Shown: positions 10,733 through 18,221 of the stretch, in pieces
Position numbering within the stretch: the first letter of the stretch is position 1
Layout of the letters: every line of letters begins with the position of its first letter
Virus record (IMG/VR): IMGVR_UViG_3300045988_187372
DNA length: 64,000 bases
From: a virus
Strand: one strand, 5' to 3'
Translations under genes and position numbers: made by a program
The notes under the pieces: generated by a model
What the model was told of the DNA's origin: nothing
Database searches by the model: none
Seen by the model: only the letters and a program-made list of their open reading frames with translations

Positions 10733-10746
10733 ATATGACAGATACA
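10733..10746 (-). promoter_or_regulatory. conserved promoter motif
   Basis: ATATGACAGATACA upstream of 9793..10704. Confidence 0.55.
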
Positions 10747-10772
10747 ATTTTAAAAATCTTTACATAAAAAAA

Positions 10773-10795
10773 TACCGCTGCAATAAACAGCGGTA
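10773..10795 (-). terminator. intrinsic terminator
   Basis: TACCGCTGTTTATTGCAGCGGTA + TTTTTT on minus strand, after DnaE C-fragment. Confidence 0.65.
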
Positions 10796-10816
10796 AAACA
10801 TAAAATAAATATTAAA

Positions 10817-12502
10817 TTAGCATTTGCGTACTATTGAAGGGGCTGACATATCAGGGTTAATGAATTTCTTACATAAATGTTCAATTCCAGTTGTTGAATC
10901 AAGCCAATATAAATAATCTCCATCAACGTCCACCAAATATTCATTAATAGAATCAAGAACATCGTTTACTTCGGAAACAGTACAAATAAATCTATATGAA
11001 GACTTATTTTTCTTTAAAGGTTTAACAGATTTAACAATAATCTGATATACAATTTCGTCATCTGAAGATCTAAAATCATCTACTTGAATTTTTCCTGATA
11101 AACATAATTTAGCATCATTAACAAGTAAGTCTCTAATATTTGCATAATCCTTAGAAAAACATACACCATTAATAGAACCTGTTTTATCTTCTACCTCAAA
11201 AGTTACCCATTCGTATCCATTTCTATCCTTTCTTACAACAAGATTTTTAATTATACCAGATACATCGTTAACTTCTGTTGAAATATCAGAAATGGGATCT
11301 GTATAAATATTATACTCATCAATTGGATGCCCTGTAATATAAACACCTAACACTTCTTTTTCATCATTTAGAATCTGACCTAAATCATCTTCTACATAAT
11401 CAATATCTATATTTTCAAGATCATCTTCTAAGCTTTCTATAACTGTCTTAGCTGAATTGATACGTTTAATTATGGAATCCTTAGTTGGCATCTTTTTTGA
11501 AGTAACTTGAAAGGAAATATTTTCTTCTGAAATTCTTTCCTTAAACTCATCAAGATCAATATAATCTTCCACAAATTCAATAACTTTACTTGCGTTTTCA
11601 ATAAACTTACTCTTTTCTCTGATTTTCTTGATTGTATCCTGAATTTCTTTCATACAAATCATATCTAATGATATCATTGTTCTTGTATAACCAAGGCAAT
11701 CGAAAGCACCTGCTTTAATTAAGGAACTTAATGCTTCTGCATTAATATTTGTTCGTTTGATAAAATCTTTAATATCAGAATATTCGCCATTAGCATTTCT
11801 ATCTTCAACAATTTTAGCTGCTTCTGCTCCAACATTCTTAATATTACTCAGACCATATAAAATATTTCCATCTACAACATCACAATGTAAATTTGAAGCA
11901 TTAATGTCCGGGGGCAATACCTTTACTCCAAAATCAAGAGCATCACTAATATCATCAGCGACTTCATCAATTTTATCAGTATGATTTATTACATTTGTAA
12001 GATAATAAGCCGGATAATAATACTTAAGAAAAGCAGTCCAATATGATGTAACAGCATAAGCAGTGGCATGTGACTTATTAAACGCATACTTAGCAAAGTC
12101 AACCATTGCATCCCAAATCTTATGAGCTATAACTTCTGGAATTCCATTTGCAATACAACCTGGTACTAATGCTTCATTTTCTTTTTTAGTATCAGCATTA
12201 CCATATACAAAAGTGTGTCTTTCAGCATCAATCTCATCCTGATGTTTTTTTGACATAGCTCTACGGACTAAATCAGAACGCCCCCATGTATATCCTGCTA
12301 AATCACGAACAATCTGCATTACCTGTTCCTGATAAACTATCTGTCCATAAGTAGTTGACAAAATTGGCTCTAATTGAGGACATAAATATTTAATCTTAGA
12401 TGCATCCTTTTTACCTTCTATGAAATCAGGTATAAACTTTTCAGGACCAGGACGATATAAAGCATTCATTGCTATTAAATCTTCAATACCTGTTTTATTC
12501 AT
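10817..12502 (-). CDS. dnaE: DNA polymerase III alpha subunit, C-terminal fragment (fingers/HhH/OB)
   Basis: begins ...DLIAMNALYRPGPEKFIPDFIEGKK, then RRAMSKKHQDEI, FNKSHATAYAVTSYWTAFLKYYYPAYY, HhH GLSNIKNVGAEAAKIV; own promoter motif 12538-12553 and terminator 10773-10795. Confidence 0.85.
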   Translation of the reverse strand: MNKTGIEDLIAMNALYRPGPEKFIPDFIEGKKDASKIKYLCPQLEPILSTTYGQIVYQEQVMQIVRDLAGYTWGRSDLVRRAMSKKHQDEIDAERHTFVYGNADTKKENEALVPGCIANGIPEVIAHKIWDAMVDFAKYAFNKSHATAYAVTSYWTAFLKYYYPAYYLTNVINHTDKIDEVADDISDALDFGVKVLPPDINASNLHCDVVDGNILYGLSNIKNVGAEAAKIVEDRNANGEYSDIKDFIKRTNINAEALSSLIKAGAFDCLGYTRTMISLDMICMKEIQDTIKKIREKSKFIENASKVIEFVEDYIDLDEFKERISEENISFQVTSKKMPTKDSIIKRINSAKTVIESLEDDLENIDIDYVEDDLGQILNDEKEVLGVYITGHPIDEYNIYTDPISDISTEVNDVSGIIKNLVVRKDRNGYEWVTFEVEDKTGSINGVCFSKDYANIRDLLVNDAKLCLSGKIQVDDFRSSDDEIVYQIIVKSVKPLKKNKSSYRFICTVSEVNDVLDSINEYLVDVDGDYLYWLDSTTGIEHLCKKFINPDMSAPSIVRKC

Positions 12503-12537
12503 TTTAAATTTCTCCTTTCAATTCATAACTATATAAT

Positions 12538-12553
12538 TTATGACAGAAAATTA
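12538..12553 (-). promoter_or_regulatory. conserved promoter motif
   Basis: TTTATGACAGAAAATT upstream of DnaE C-fragment. Confidence 0.6.
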
Positions 12554-12557
12554 AAAA

Positions 12558-12579
12558 AAGCGTCCAATTTTGGACGCTT
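12558..12579 (-). terminator. intrinsic terminator
   Basis: AAGCGTCCAAAATTGGACGCTT + TTTTTT. Confidence 0.65.
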
Positions 12580-12588
12580 GCATGAATA

Positions 12589-12894
12589 TTAAAAAGAATA
12601 CTTATTACATATATTTTCTTTTATATAAGTGATCAAATTTTTAGCATAATCTATTCTGTCTTTTAATTTATCAATATCATTAATATCATATGAAACATTA
12701 CCAGTAATACTAATATAAAAATCATCTTTTATGGTTTTAATTTCAATATCATAATATGGAATCTTTGGAGTAAAAAAGAATCTTATGACTTTACCTGTTC
12801 TTAAATCTCTTCTTAATAGAATTCTATATGTTTTATTATCGTATTCATCTATTATCCATGGACCGGATTCATATGTTCTAATAAAAGTTACCAT
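12589..12894 (-). CDS. hypothetical protein
   Basis: 101-aa ORF. Confidence 0.5.
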   Translation of the reverse strand: MVTFIRTYESGPWIIDEYDNKTYRILLRRDLRTGKVIRFFFTPKIPYYDIEIKTIKDDFYISITGNVSYDINDIDKLKDRIDYAKNLITYIKENICNKYSF

Positions 12895-13475
12895 TATCTT
12901 ACTTCTTCCTCTCTGTTATCTTTATTAATTTCAGTATGAATTACATCTGGCATAATTTTATCTTCATCATCTTCTCCTCCTAAATCTAAATCAATATCTG
13001 ATAGTTCATTTGTGTCAATATTGTTTGTTATATTACTAATATTAACACTTTTACAATTTTGAGTCATTGCCTTTATAACATCATCTATAGTTTTAGCATC
13101 TCTACCGATTCCGTCAAGATAAAAAGCAGCCGTTACCTGGGCGCAAAAATCTGCGATTATATGTCTATCAGTTGTTTCAGGGCAAAACTTAGGAACATTA
13201 TAATATTCACAATCTCTATTGATTTGGGAACACGCAGCTATTGCAGCTTCATGTTTAATTCTCCGATTTTTATCCATAGACTGAATAGCTTCTCGTAATT
13301 CTTCTCCCTCAAGTGTAGCATATTTAATTGGAGTTGAATAGTTTTGATGATAAACAATCTGTACATATTCTCCAAATGCGGCCATATTGTAATTTAACAT
13401 ATCTAAATCATTCTCTCTATATTCATTATCTGGCGAATTTATTGCATTTACTAATTCCTTAAATTCTTTAATCAT
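12894..13475 (-). CDS. hypothetical protein
   Basis: 193-aa ORF; promoter motif 13513-13527. Confidence 0.5.
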   Translation of the reverse strand: MIKEFKELVNAINSPDNEYRENDLDMLNYNMAAFGEYVQIVYHQNYSTPIKYATLEGEELREAIQSMDKNRRIKHEAAIAACSQINRDCEYYNVPKFCPETTDRHIIADFCAQVTAAFYLDGIGRDAKTIDDVIKAMTQNCKSVNISNITNNIDTNELSDIDLDLGGEDDEDKIMPDVIHTEINKDNREEEVR

Positions 13476-13512
13476 ATTTTTTACTCTCCTTCCATTTATT
13501 GTTATAATAAAT

Positions 13513-13527
13513 AAATGACAGAAAAAT
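13513..13527 (-). promoter_or_regulatory. conserved promoter motif
   Basis: AAATGACAGAAAAAT upstream of 12894..13475. Confidence 0.55.
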
Positions 13528-13531
13528 AAAA

Positions 13532-13559
13532 TAACAAGTACCCATTAATAGGTACTTGT
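13532..13559 (-). terminator. intrinsic terminator
   Basis: AACAAGTACC-TATTAATG-GGTACTTGTT + ATTTTATTTTT. Confidence 0.55.
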
Positions 13560-13574
13560 TATTAAGCATTTGTT

Positions 13575-14021
13575 TTAATTTGAATTACTCTTATCATGTA
13601 CAAAATATAATTTTTGTATTAATTCAGATTTTCTTTTTTCATACTGAAATAAATCATTACATTTACATGATAAAAAACTTGCAGCAGAATCAATCTGTTT
13701 TACAATTTCCTTTACTATACAATCGATGATTTCCTTTGGTGATTCCAATAGTTTAATTAAGCCTAAATGCTCCCCTTCATGAATTATGAAAGCTGTATCT
13801 GGTGTCAAAACTAGCGTTGCTGTAGAGCCTTAAGAATCAAAATAACAGGATGCCGTATTATTGTTATAATAATTAATGCACATATCTAATAAGTCATTTG
13901 GGACATCGGTTAAATATGAAGCGTTTACTCTACAATTTGTCTTTTCGAATTTAATATTACACCAACCATTTGTTAAAATTTCAATTATCATGATTTTCTC
14001 CTTAAATATAATTATAGGCAA
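13575..14021 (-). pseudogene. reading frame interrupted by in-frame TAA (13830-13832)
   Basis: ORFs 13830..14021 and 13575..13808 are in the same frame separated by a single TAA; downstream part has no ATG anywhere and no RBS (track start is TTG). Confidence 0.4.
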
Positions 14022-14893
14022 ACAATGTTGCCATTTTTAAGTATACTTATAATACTGTTAAGTTCATACAAACCTAATATCTGCTCACTAATTTCATTTA
14101 ACATATTATCTGATACATTAGCGTTATAAGCATCAAGTTCTACATCTGTTTTTATTGTTGCTAAAATTTTTGACAACAAAATATTATCTTCACTATTTAT
14201 TAAACAAGTTGAAATACTTTTTCCTTTAGACATATTAGATTCAATATCTGAAATATTCATATATATGTTAAACAAATTTCCATACTTATGTATTAGTTTA
14301 CTTGCAGTTTTAGGACCAATACCTGCAGCTCCAGGAATATTATCCGATTTATCTCCCATTAATGTTTTTACATCAATAAACTGTTTAGGAGTAACGGAAT
14401 ACTCATTCATAATTTCTACCGGAGTCCAAATATCTTCCGGGTTGTTTGGAACAACTAATGATACTAAATCATTACATAATTGTAACAAATCATGATCTGC
14501 AGATATAATATTAACCTTATTTCCGGCTTTACTTTCAATAGTTGAAATTGTTCCTATAATATCATCTGCTTCATATCCTTCTTTTTCAATAACACATATA
14601 TTCATTGTTTTAAGAATAGGAACAATAGCCTGTCTCTGAATCTTAAATTCTTCCGGTGCAGGATCTCTAGTTGCCTTATACCCGTTATACATTAAATGCC
14701 TGAAAGTTGGCTTTGCAGTATCAAACGCAACAATTAATTCATCAGGACTATACTTTTCTTTCATATATAGAATTGTATTTAAAGCTCCTTTAATTGCATT
14801 AGTCGGAAATCCCTTTGAGGTTTTTAATTCTGGAACACCGTAAAAAGATCTTCTGAGAATGTAATTCCCATCAAAAATCATAATATTTTTCAT
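14012..14893 (-). CDS. 5'-3' exonuclease / flap endonuclease (Pol I N-terminal domain-like)
   Basis: MKNIMIFDGNYILRRSFYG... typical FEN N-terminus; true start ATG 14893 with RBS AAAGGAGAAAAATTA; promoter motif 14925-14940 lies inside the longer track ORF. Confidence 0.8.
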   Translation of the reverse strand: MKNIMIFDGNYILRRSFYGVPELKTSKGFPTNAIKGALNTILYMKEKYSPDELIVAFDTAKPTFRHLMYNGYKATRDPAPEEFKIQRQAIVPILKTMNICVIEKEGYEADDIIGTISTIESKAGNKVNIISADHDLLQLCNDLVSLVVPNNPEDIWTPVEIMNEYSVTPKQFIDVKTLMGDKSDNIPGAAGIGPKTASKLIHKYGNLFNIYMNISDIESNMSKGKSISTCLINSEDNILLSKILATIKTDVELDAYNANVSDNMLNEISEQILGLYELNSIISILKNGNIVCL

Positions 14894-14924
14894 TAATTTT
14901 TCTCCTTTATAATTTTTAATATAT

Positions 14925-14940
14925 TTATGACAGAAAAAAA
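14925..14940 (-). promoter_or_regulatory. conserved promoter motif
   Basis: TTTATGACAGAAAAAAA upstream of FEN start 14893. Confidence 0.6.
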
Positions 14941-15001
14941 GCAGGAAACATAAGTCTCCCGCTTTCAAAAAATCTTATTCAGTTATGAAAAATTAAAATA
15001 T

Positions 15002-15259
15002 TCAATTTCTTTCACTTAAGAATTTTTCCACAGCATCTTCAACAGCTTCATATTCAGTAAGACCGTTACCTTCTGCGTAAGTATCATAAGCTGCTTCACC
15101 AATATCAATATAATCATTCTCAGTAATATCAGAATGATACTGAGGCTGAATAATCTCTTTAGCTGTATTAATCATCCATGTTGAAACAAATTCCTTATGA
15201 GCAGCATAAATTTCGTCATATGTTAATTTTATTTCCTTACCATTTCTTATTATTGTCAT
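15002..15259 (-). CDS. small acidic protein
   Basis: 85-aa ORF. Confidence 0.5.
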   Translation of the reverse strand: MTIIRNGKEIKLTYDEIYAAHKEFVSTWMINTAKEIIQPQYHSDITENDYIDIGEAAYDTYAEGNGLTEYEAVEDAVEKFLSERN

Positions 15260-15272
15260 GTCTTATTCTCCT

Positions 15273-15479
15273 TTAGTTGTTATTATTTTCGTCAGAATTA
15301 TCATATATGACGCTTTCAATTATATTAACCGCTGTATTTACATAAATAACTTCCTCGCCATCATCGTTAGAATATCCATCGTCATCATATGTACTTTCAG
15401 TCAACCAACTTGTCTCAGAGACTTCTATAGAAGCTTCTGAAATCTCACTTATTAAAGTATTTTTAATGATATTTAACAT
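15273..15479 (-). CDS. small highly acidic protein (DNA-mimic-like composition)
   Basis: 68 aa rich in D/E; preceded by repeat element copy 1. Confidence 0.45.
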   Translation of the reverse strand: MLNIIKNTLISEISEASIEVSETSWLTESTYDDDGYSNDDGEEVIYVNTAVNIIESVIYDNSDENNNN

Positions 15480-15510
15480 ATTCTTTTCTGTTTCTGATTC
15501 TGAAGTTTTA

Positions 15511-15570
15511 ATGAACTACTCACAACCGACATTAGTCGGATGGAGTTTTCTTGCAATTCTTCGATAATAT
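15511..15570. repeat. 60-nt conserved structured repeat, copy 1
   Basis: ATGAACTACTCACAACCGACATTAGTCGGATGGAGTTTTCTTGCAATTCTTCGATAATAT. Confidence 0.7.
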
Positions 15571-15598
15571 TTAAAGTTTTCATGAAATCCCTTTCTTT

Positions 15599-16057
15599 TT
15601 ACAATGTACTTTTTATAACTTTAACAGGTTCTAATCTGCCATTTATAAATGAAGCCGTTCCTAATGTTTTGTCAGTATTTTCAGAAGATTCAAAGAAATC
15701 ATTTGCCATATCCTCATTTGAAAAATATGAATATTCTCCTGAATTGTCTCCACTATCTGACTCATATCCTATCCATACATAATATAATGAAAAGCTTTCA
15801 AGGCTATCACTGTCTTCAGGGATTTCTCCATCCCAATCATCATTTTCTTTTATATCTTCTTCTAATTCATATTTAAACTCGCTCATCATATTAGGATCGT
15901 CTAAATATACACATTTATGGTAATTATCAACTGCAATTGCGCATTTCTGTCCTAATGGATGCAATAAATAATTCTTAGGCACTTCCAATAATGCTTTTAT
16001 CATATCATTTACTGTTTCTAAGTTGTTTTCCTTAATTTCAAATGCGTTAGTTTTCAT
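15599..16057 (-). CDS. acidic hypothetical protein
   Basis: 152-aa ORF; promoter motif 16093-16106; terminator 16113-16135. Confidence 0.5.
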   Translation of the reverse strand: MKTNAFEIKENNLETVNDMIKALLEVPKNYLLHPLGQKCAIAVDNYHKCVYLDDPNMMSEFKYELEEDIKENDDWDGEIPEDSDSLESFSLYYVWIGYESDSGDNSGEYSYFSNEDMANDFFESSENTDKTLGTASFINGRLEPVKVIKSTL

Positions 16058-16092
16058 AATTTTATTCTCCTTTTTAAATTTTATAATAATAC

Positions 16093-16106
16093 AATGACAG
16101 AAAAAT
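16093..16106 (-). promoter_or_regulatory. conserved promoter motif
   Basis: CAATGACAGAAAAA upstream of 15599..16057. Confidence 0.55.
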
Positions 16107-16112
16107 AAAAAA

Positions 16113-16135
16113 ACTGGCTACTAATAGTAACCAGT
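16113..16135 (-). terminator. intrinsic terminator
   Basis: ACTGGTTACTATTAGTAGCCAGT + TTTTTTT, immediately followed by promoter motif. Confidence 0.65.
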
Positions 16136-16141
16136 TTAATT

Positions 16142-17131
16142 TTATAACTTTACAATTTTCTCATTGATTTTCATTCTAAATGTATTGATTTTGTCTATAT
16201 CTGGCTCATCTGGCAATACAGAGTTTTTACATGCATTTTCAAACTTATTCTTGTATTCATCTACTATTTCAAAAAACTGTTTATTAGGGATTCCATTTTC
16301 ATCAAGATATACACCATTTCTAATATCCATCAACAAATCATGTTCTTTAATTCTTTTCGTTTGAATTTTCCCTTCAGAAACTAAATCAATTCCCATCATA
16401 TACAATCTAAGTAAATGCATACTATGTTTTGCTATTTTACCATGATTTAATGCATGTTCATTCCTTTTACTTGTTTTCCGGTAATCTCTTAAAGTGTTAT
16501 TAAATTCTGAAAGCATTCCTAACAAATCTTCCATTGAACACTGTGTTGCAATAATATTACATTTGATTTTGCCATCAAACAAATAAAAAGACACATTATT
16601 TTCATCTAAATTGTACTTATCATTCATTTTCTTGGACATATTATTAAGCACTCCAGAAATGTGTCTATTTAATTCTTCCTCAGTTAAAGCAGCGTTGGTC
16701 TTCTGCTGCATACGGTATAACTGTTGTAATGCATATTCACTAAATGTATTAATACATCTATTCGATAAAAAAATATCTTTATTTTTTAATAAAAGCTCCC
16801 CAATTTCATTTTTATAAATATAATCATCTGTATCTAATCCTAAAAGTTCAATAGTGTTTGGATTGCATTTTGTTAATAAATCAATAATTTTGTCAAAACT
16901 ATAAATAGTTGTATCTGTATTAACATCTACAAAATTTTCAAAATCATTACCTAACAAGATATCTTCTTTTCTTCTAACAGCAACTCCTCTTATATCAATA
17001 TCGCTTTCTGGAAGATTTGTCCCATATGCTCTGCTACCACCTAATCCAAGTATACAAATATTCTTATCTAAATTTTGATTTTCCTTTAAAAATGAATACT
17101 CAGGCATATTTAATATATTTTTATTTATCAT
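16142..17131 (-). CDS. Pol-beta superfamily nucleotidyltransferase
   Basis: GLGGSRAYGTNLPESDIDIRGV = GS-x(9-13)-DxD minimal NTase signature; repeat element copy 2 in 5'UTR. Confidence 0.6.
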   Translation of the reverse strand: MINKNILNMPEYSFLKENQNLDKNICILGLGGSRAYGTNLPESDIDIRGVAVRRKEDILLGNDFENFVDVNTDTTIYSFDKIIDLLTKCNPNTIELLGLDTDDYIYKNEIGELLLKNKDIFLSNRCINTFSEYALQQLYRMQQKTNAALTEEELNRHISGVLNNMSKKMNDKYNLDENNVSFYLFDGKIKCNIIATQCSMEDLLGMLSEFNNTLRDYRKTSKRNEHALNHGKIAKHSMHLLRLYMMGIDLVSEGKIQTKRIKEHDLLMDIRNGVYLDENGIPNKQFFEIVDEYKNKFENACKNSVLPDEPDIDKINTFRMKINEKIVKL

Positions 17132-17154
17132 ATTCTCTTTCCTATCCTTGTAAT

Positions 17155-17213
17155 TGAACTACTCGCAACCGGCTATTGTCGGTTGGAGTTTTCTTGCTTA
17201 ATTGCGATAATAT
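17155..17213. repeat. 60-nt conserved structured repeat, copy 2
   Basis: TTGAACTACTCGCAACCGGCTATTGTCGGTTGGAGTTTTCTTGCTTAATTGCGATAATAT. Confidence 0.7.
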
Positions 17214-17220
17214 CATTCTT

Positions 17221-17853
17221 TTATTTTCTAACAATAGCAGAAAAATCTACTGACTGTAAAATCTTAATGATATCTTCTACTTCAGGACTTCTCCATGCAG
17301 TCATAGCATAGGTATGAGCGTACTCATCATAATGATAATGATTTGCTTTTAGGTGTTCAGCGGCTGCCTTTTCTGTTAAAAACATTGTGTTTTCATAAAT
17401 TTTATCTCTATATGCATAACAGGTGAAAGTATATCTGCCATAATTATGCTCATTCAACCAAGTCTTTAAATCATCAAGATCAGTTAAGTATTCCTCATAA
17501 TCATTATCTTCTTTTGATGTGATATAATATCCATCATATTCTTTTGAAATAACCCAAGAGTCACCGTTTTCTTCAAATTCCTTATTAAAAAATACAATTG
17601 CATCATCAATATTATCAGCAACTTCTTCTACAGCTTCATTATCGATTAGTGTTACACCGTCTTCATATCCTTCTGGAACAATACACTTTTCTTTTCCCAT
17701 AATAACCCAAAATCGAGGATCAGCTTGTCCTACATGGTCCTGTGTATTTAATTCATGCTGCAAATCAGACAAAAATTTGATTTCTTTATCTGTAATTTTA
17801 TGTTTCTCTACTGTGTCTGGATGGTATTGTAAATGTTCATAAAATATTGCCAT
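17221..17853 (-). CDS. acidic hypothetical protein
   Basis: 210-aa ORF. Confidence 0.55.
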   Translation of the reverse strand: MAIFYEHLQYHPDTVEKHKITDKEIKFLSDLQHELNTQDHVGQADPRFWVIMGKEKCIVPEGYEDGVTLIDNEAVEEVADNIDDAIVFFNKEFEENGDSWVISKEYDGYYITSKEDNDYEEYLTDLDDLKTWLNEHNYGRYTFTCYAYRDKIYENTMFLTEKAAAEHLKANHYHYDEYAHTYAMTAWRSPEVEDIIKILQSVDFSAIVRK

Positions 17854-17880
17854 ATTTTTCTCCTTAAACTTTATTTATTT

Positions 17881-18117
17881 TTATTCAGTATAGTATTGGA
17901 ATGCACAATCATACATTTGTTTCCCAGTTATCTGATCTGTGAATATAGGACAATGCCAATCCTTATCAAATCCTGTTTCCTTACACCATTCATTAATAAC
18001 TCTAGTAGTAATTGGTGTGACAAACACATATAAATCTGATTCATGGTGAAAGATATCTTTTTCAGAATATCCAGCCTCAATAAGCCGTTGCATAAGAGTT
18101 TTATTATTTTTCTCCAT
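17881..18117 (-). CDS. hypothetical protein
   Basis: 78-aa ORF; promoter motif 18155-18169. Confidence 0.5.
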   Translation of the reverse strand: MEKNNKTLMQRLIEAGYSEKDIFHHESDLYVFVTPITTRVINEWCKETGFDKDWHCPIFTDQITGKQMYDCAFQYYTE

Positions 18118-18154
18118 AATATTGTTCTCCTTTATTTATTATAATTTAAAAGAA

Positions 18155-18169
18155 ATATGACAGAAAAAA
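18155..18169 (-). promoter_or_regulatory. conserved promoter motif
   Basis: AATATGACAGAAAAA upstream of 17881..18117. Confidence 0.6.
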
Positions 18170-18221
18170 CGCACATCATAATGACATGCGTTTTAATACA
18201 AAATATTCAATTAACTATTCA

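Noticed and set aside
14894-14968. N-terminal extensions of track ORFs (14012..14968, 32995..33495, 43005..44864, 52607..52987)
   Set aside because: The promoter motif lies inside each extension. A downstream ATG with a proper RBS gives a start consistent with promoter position.
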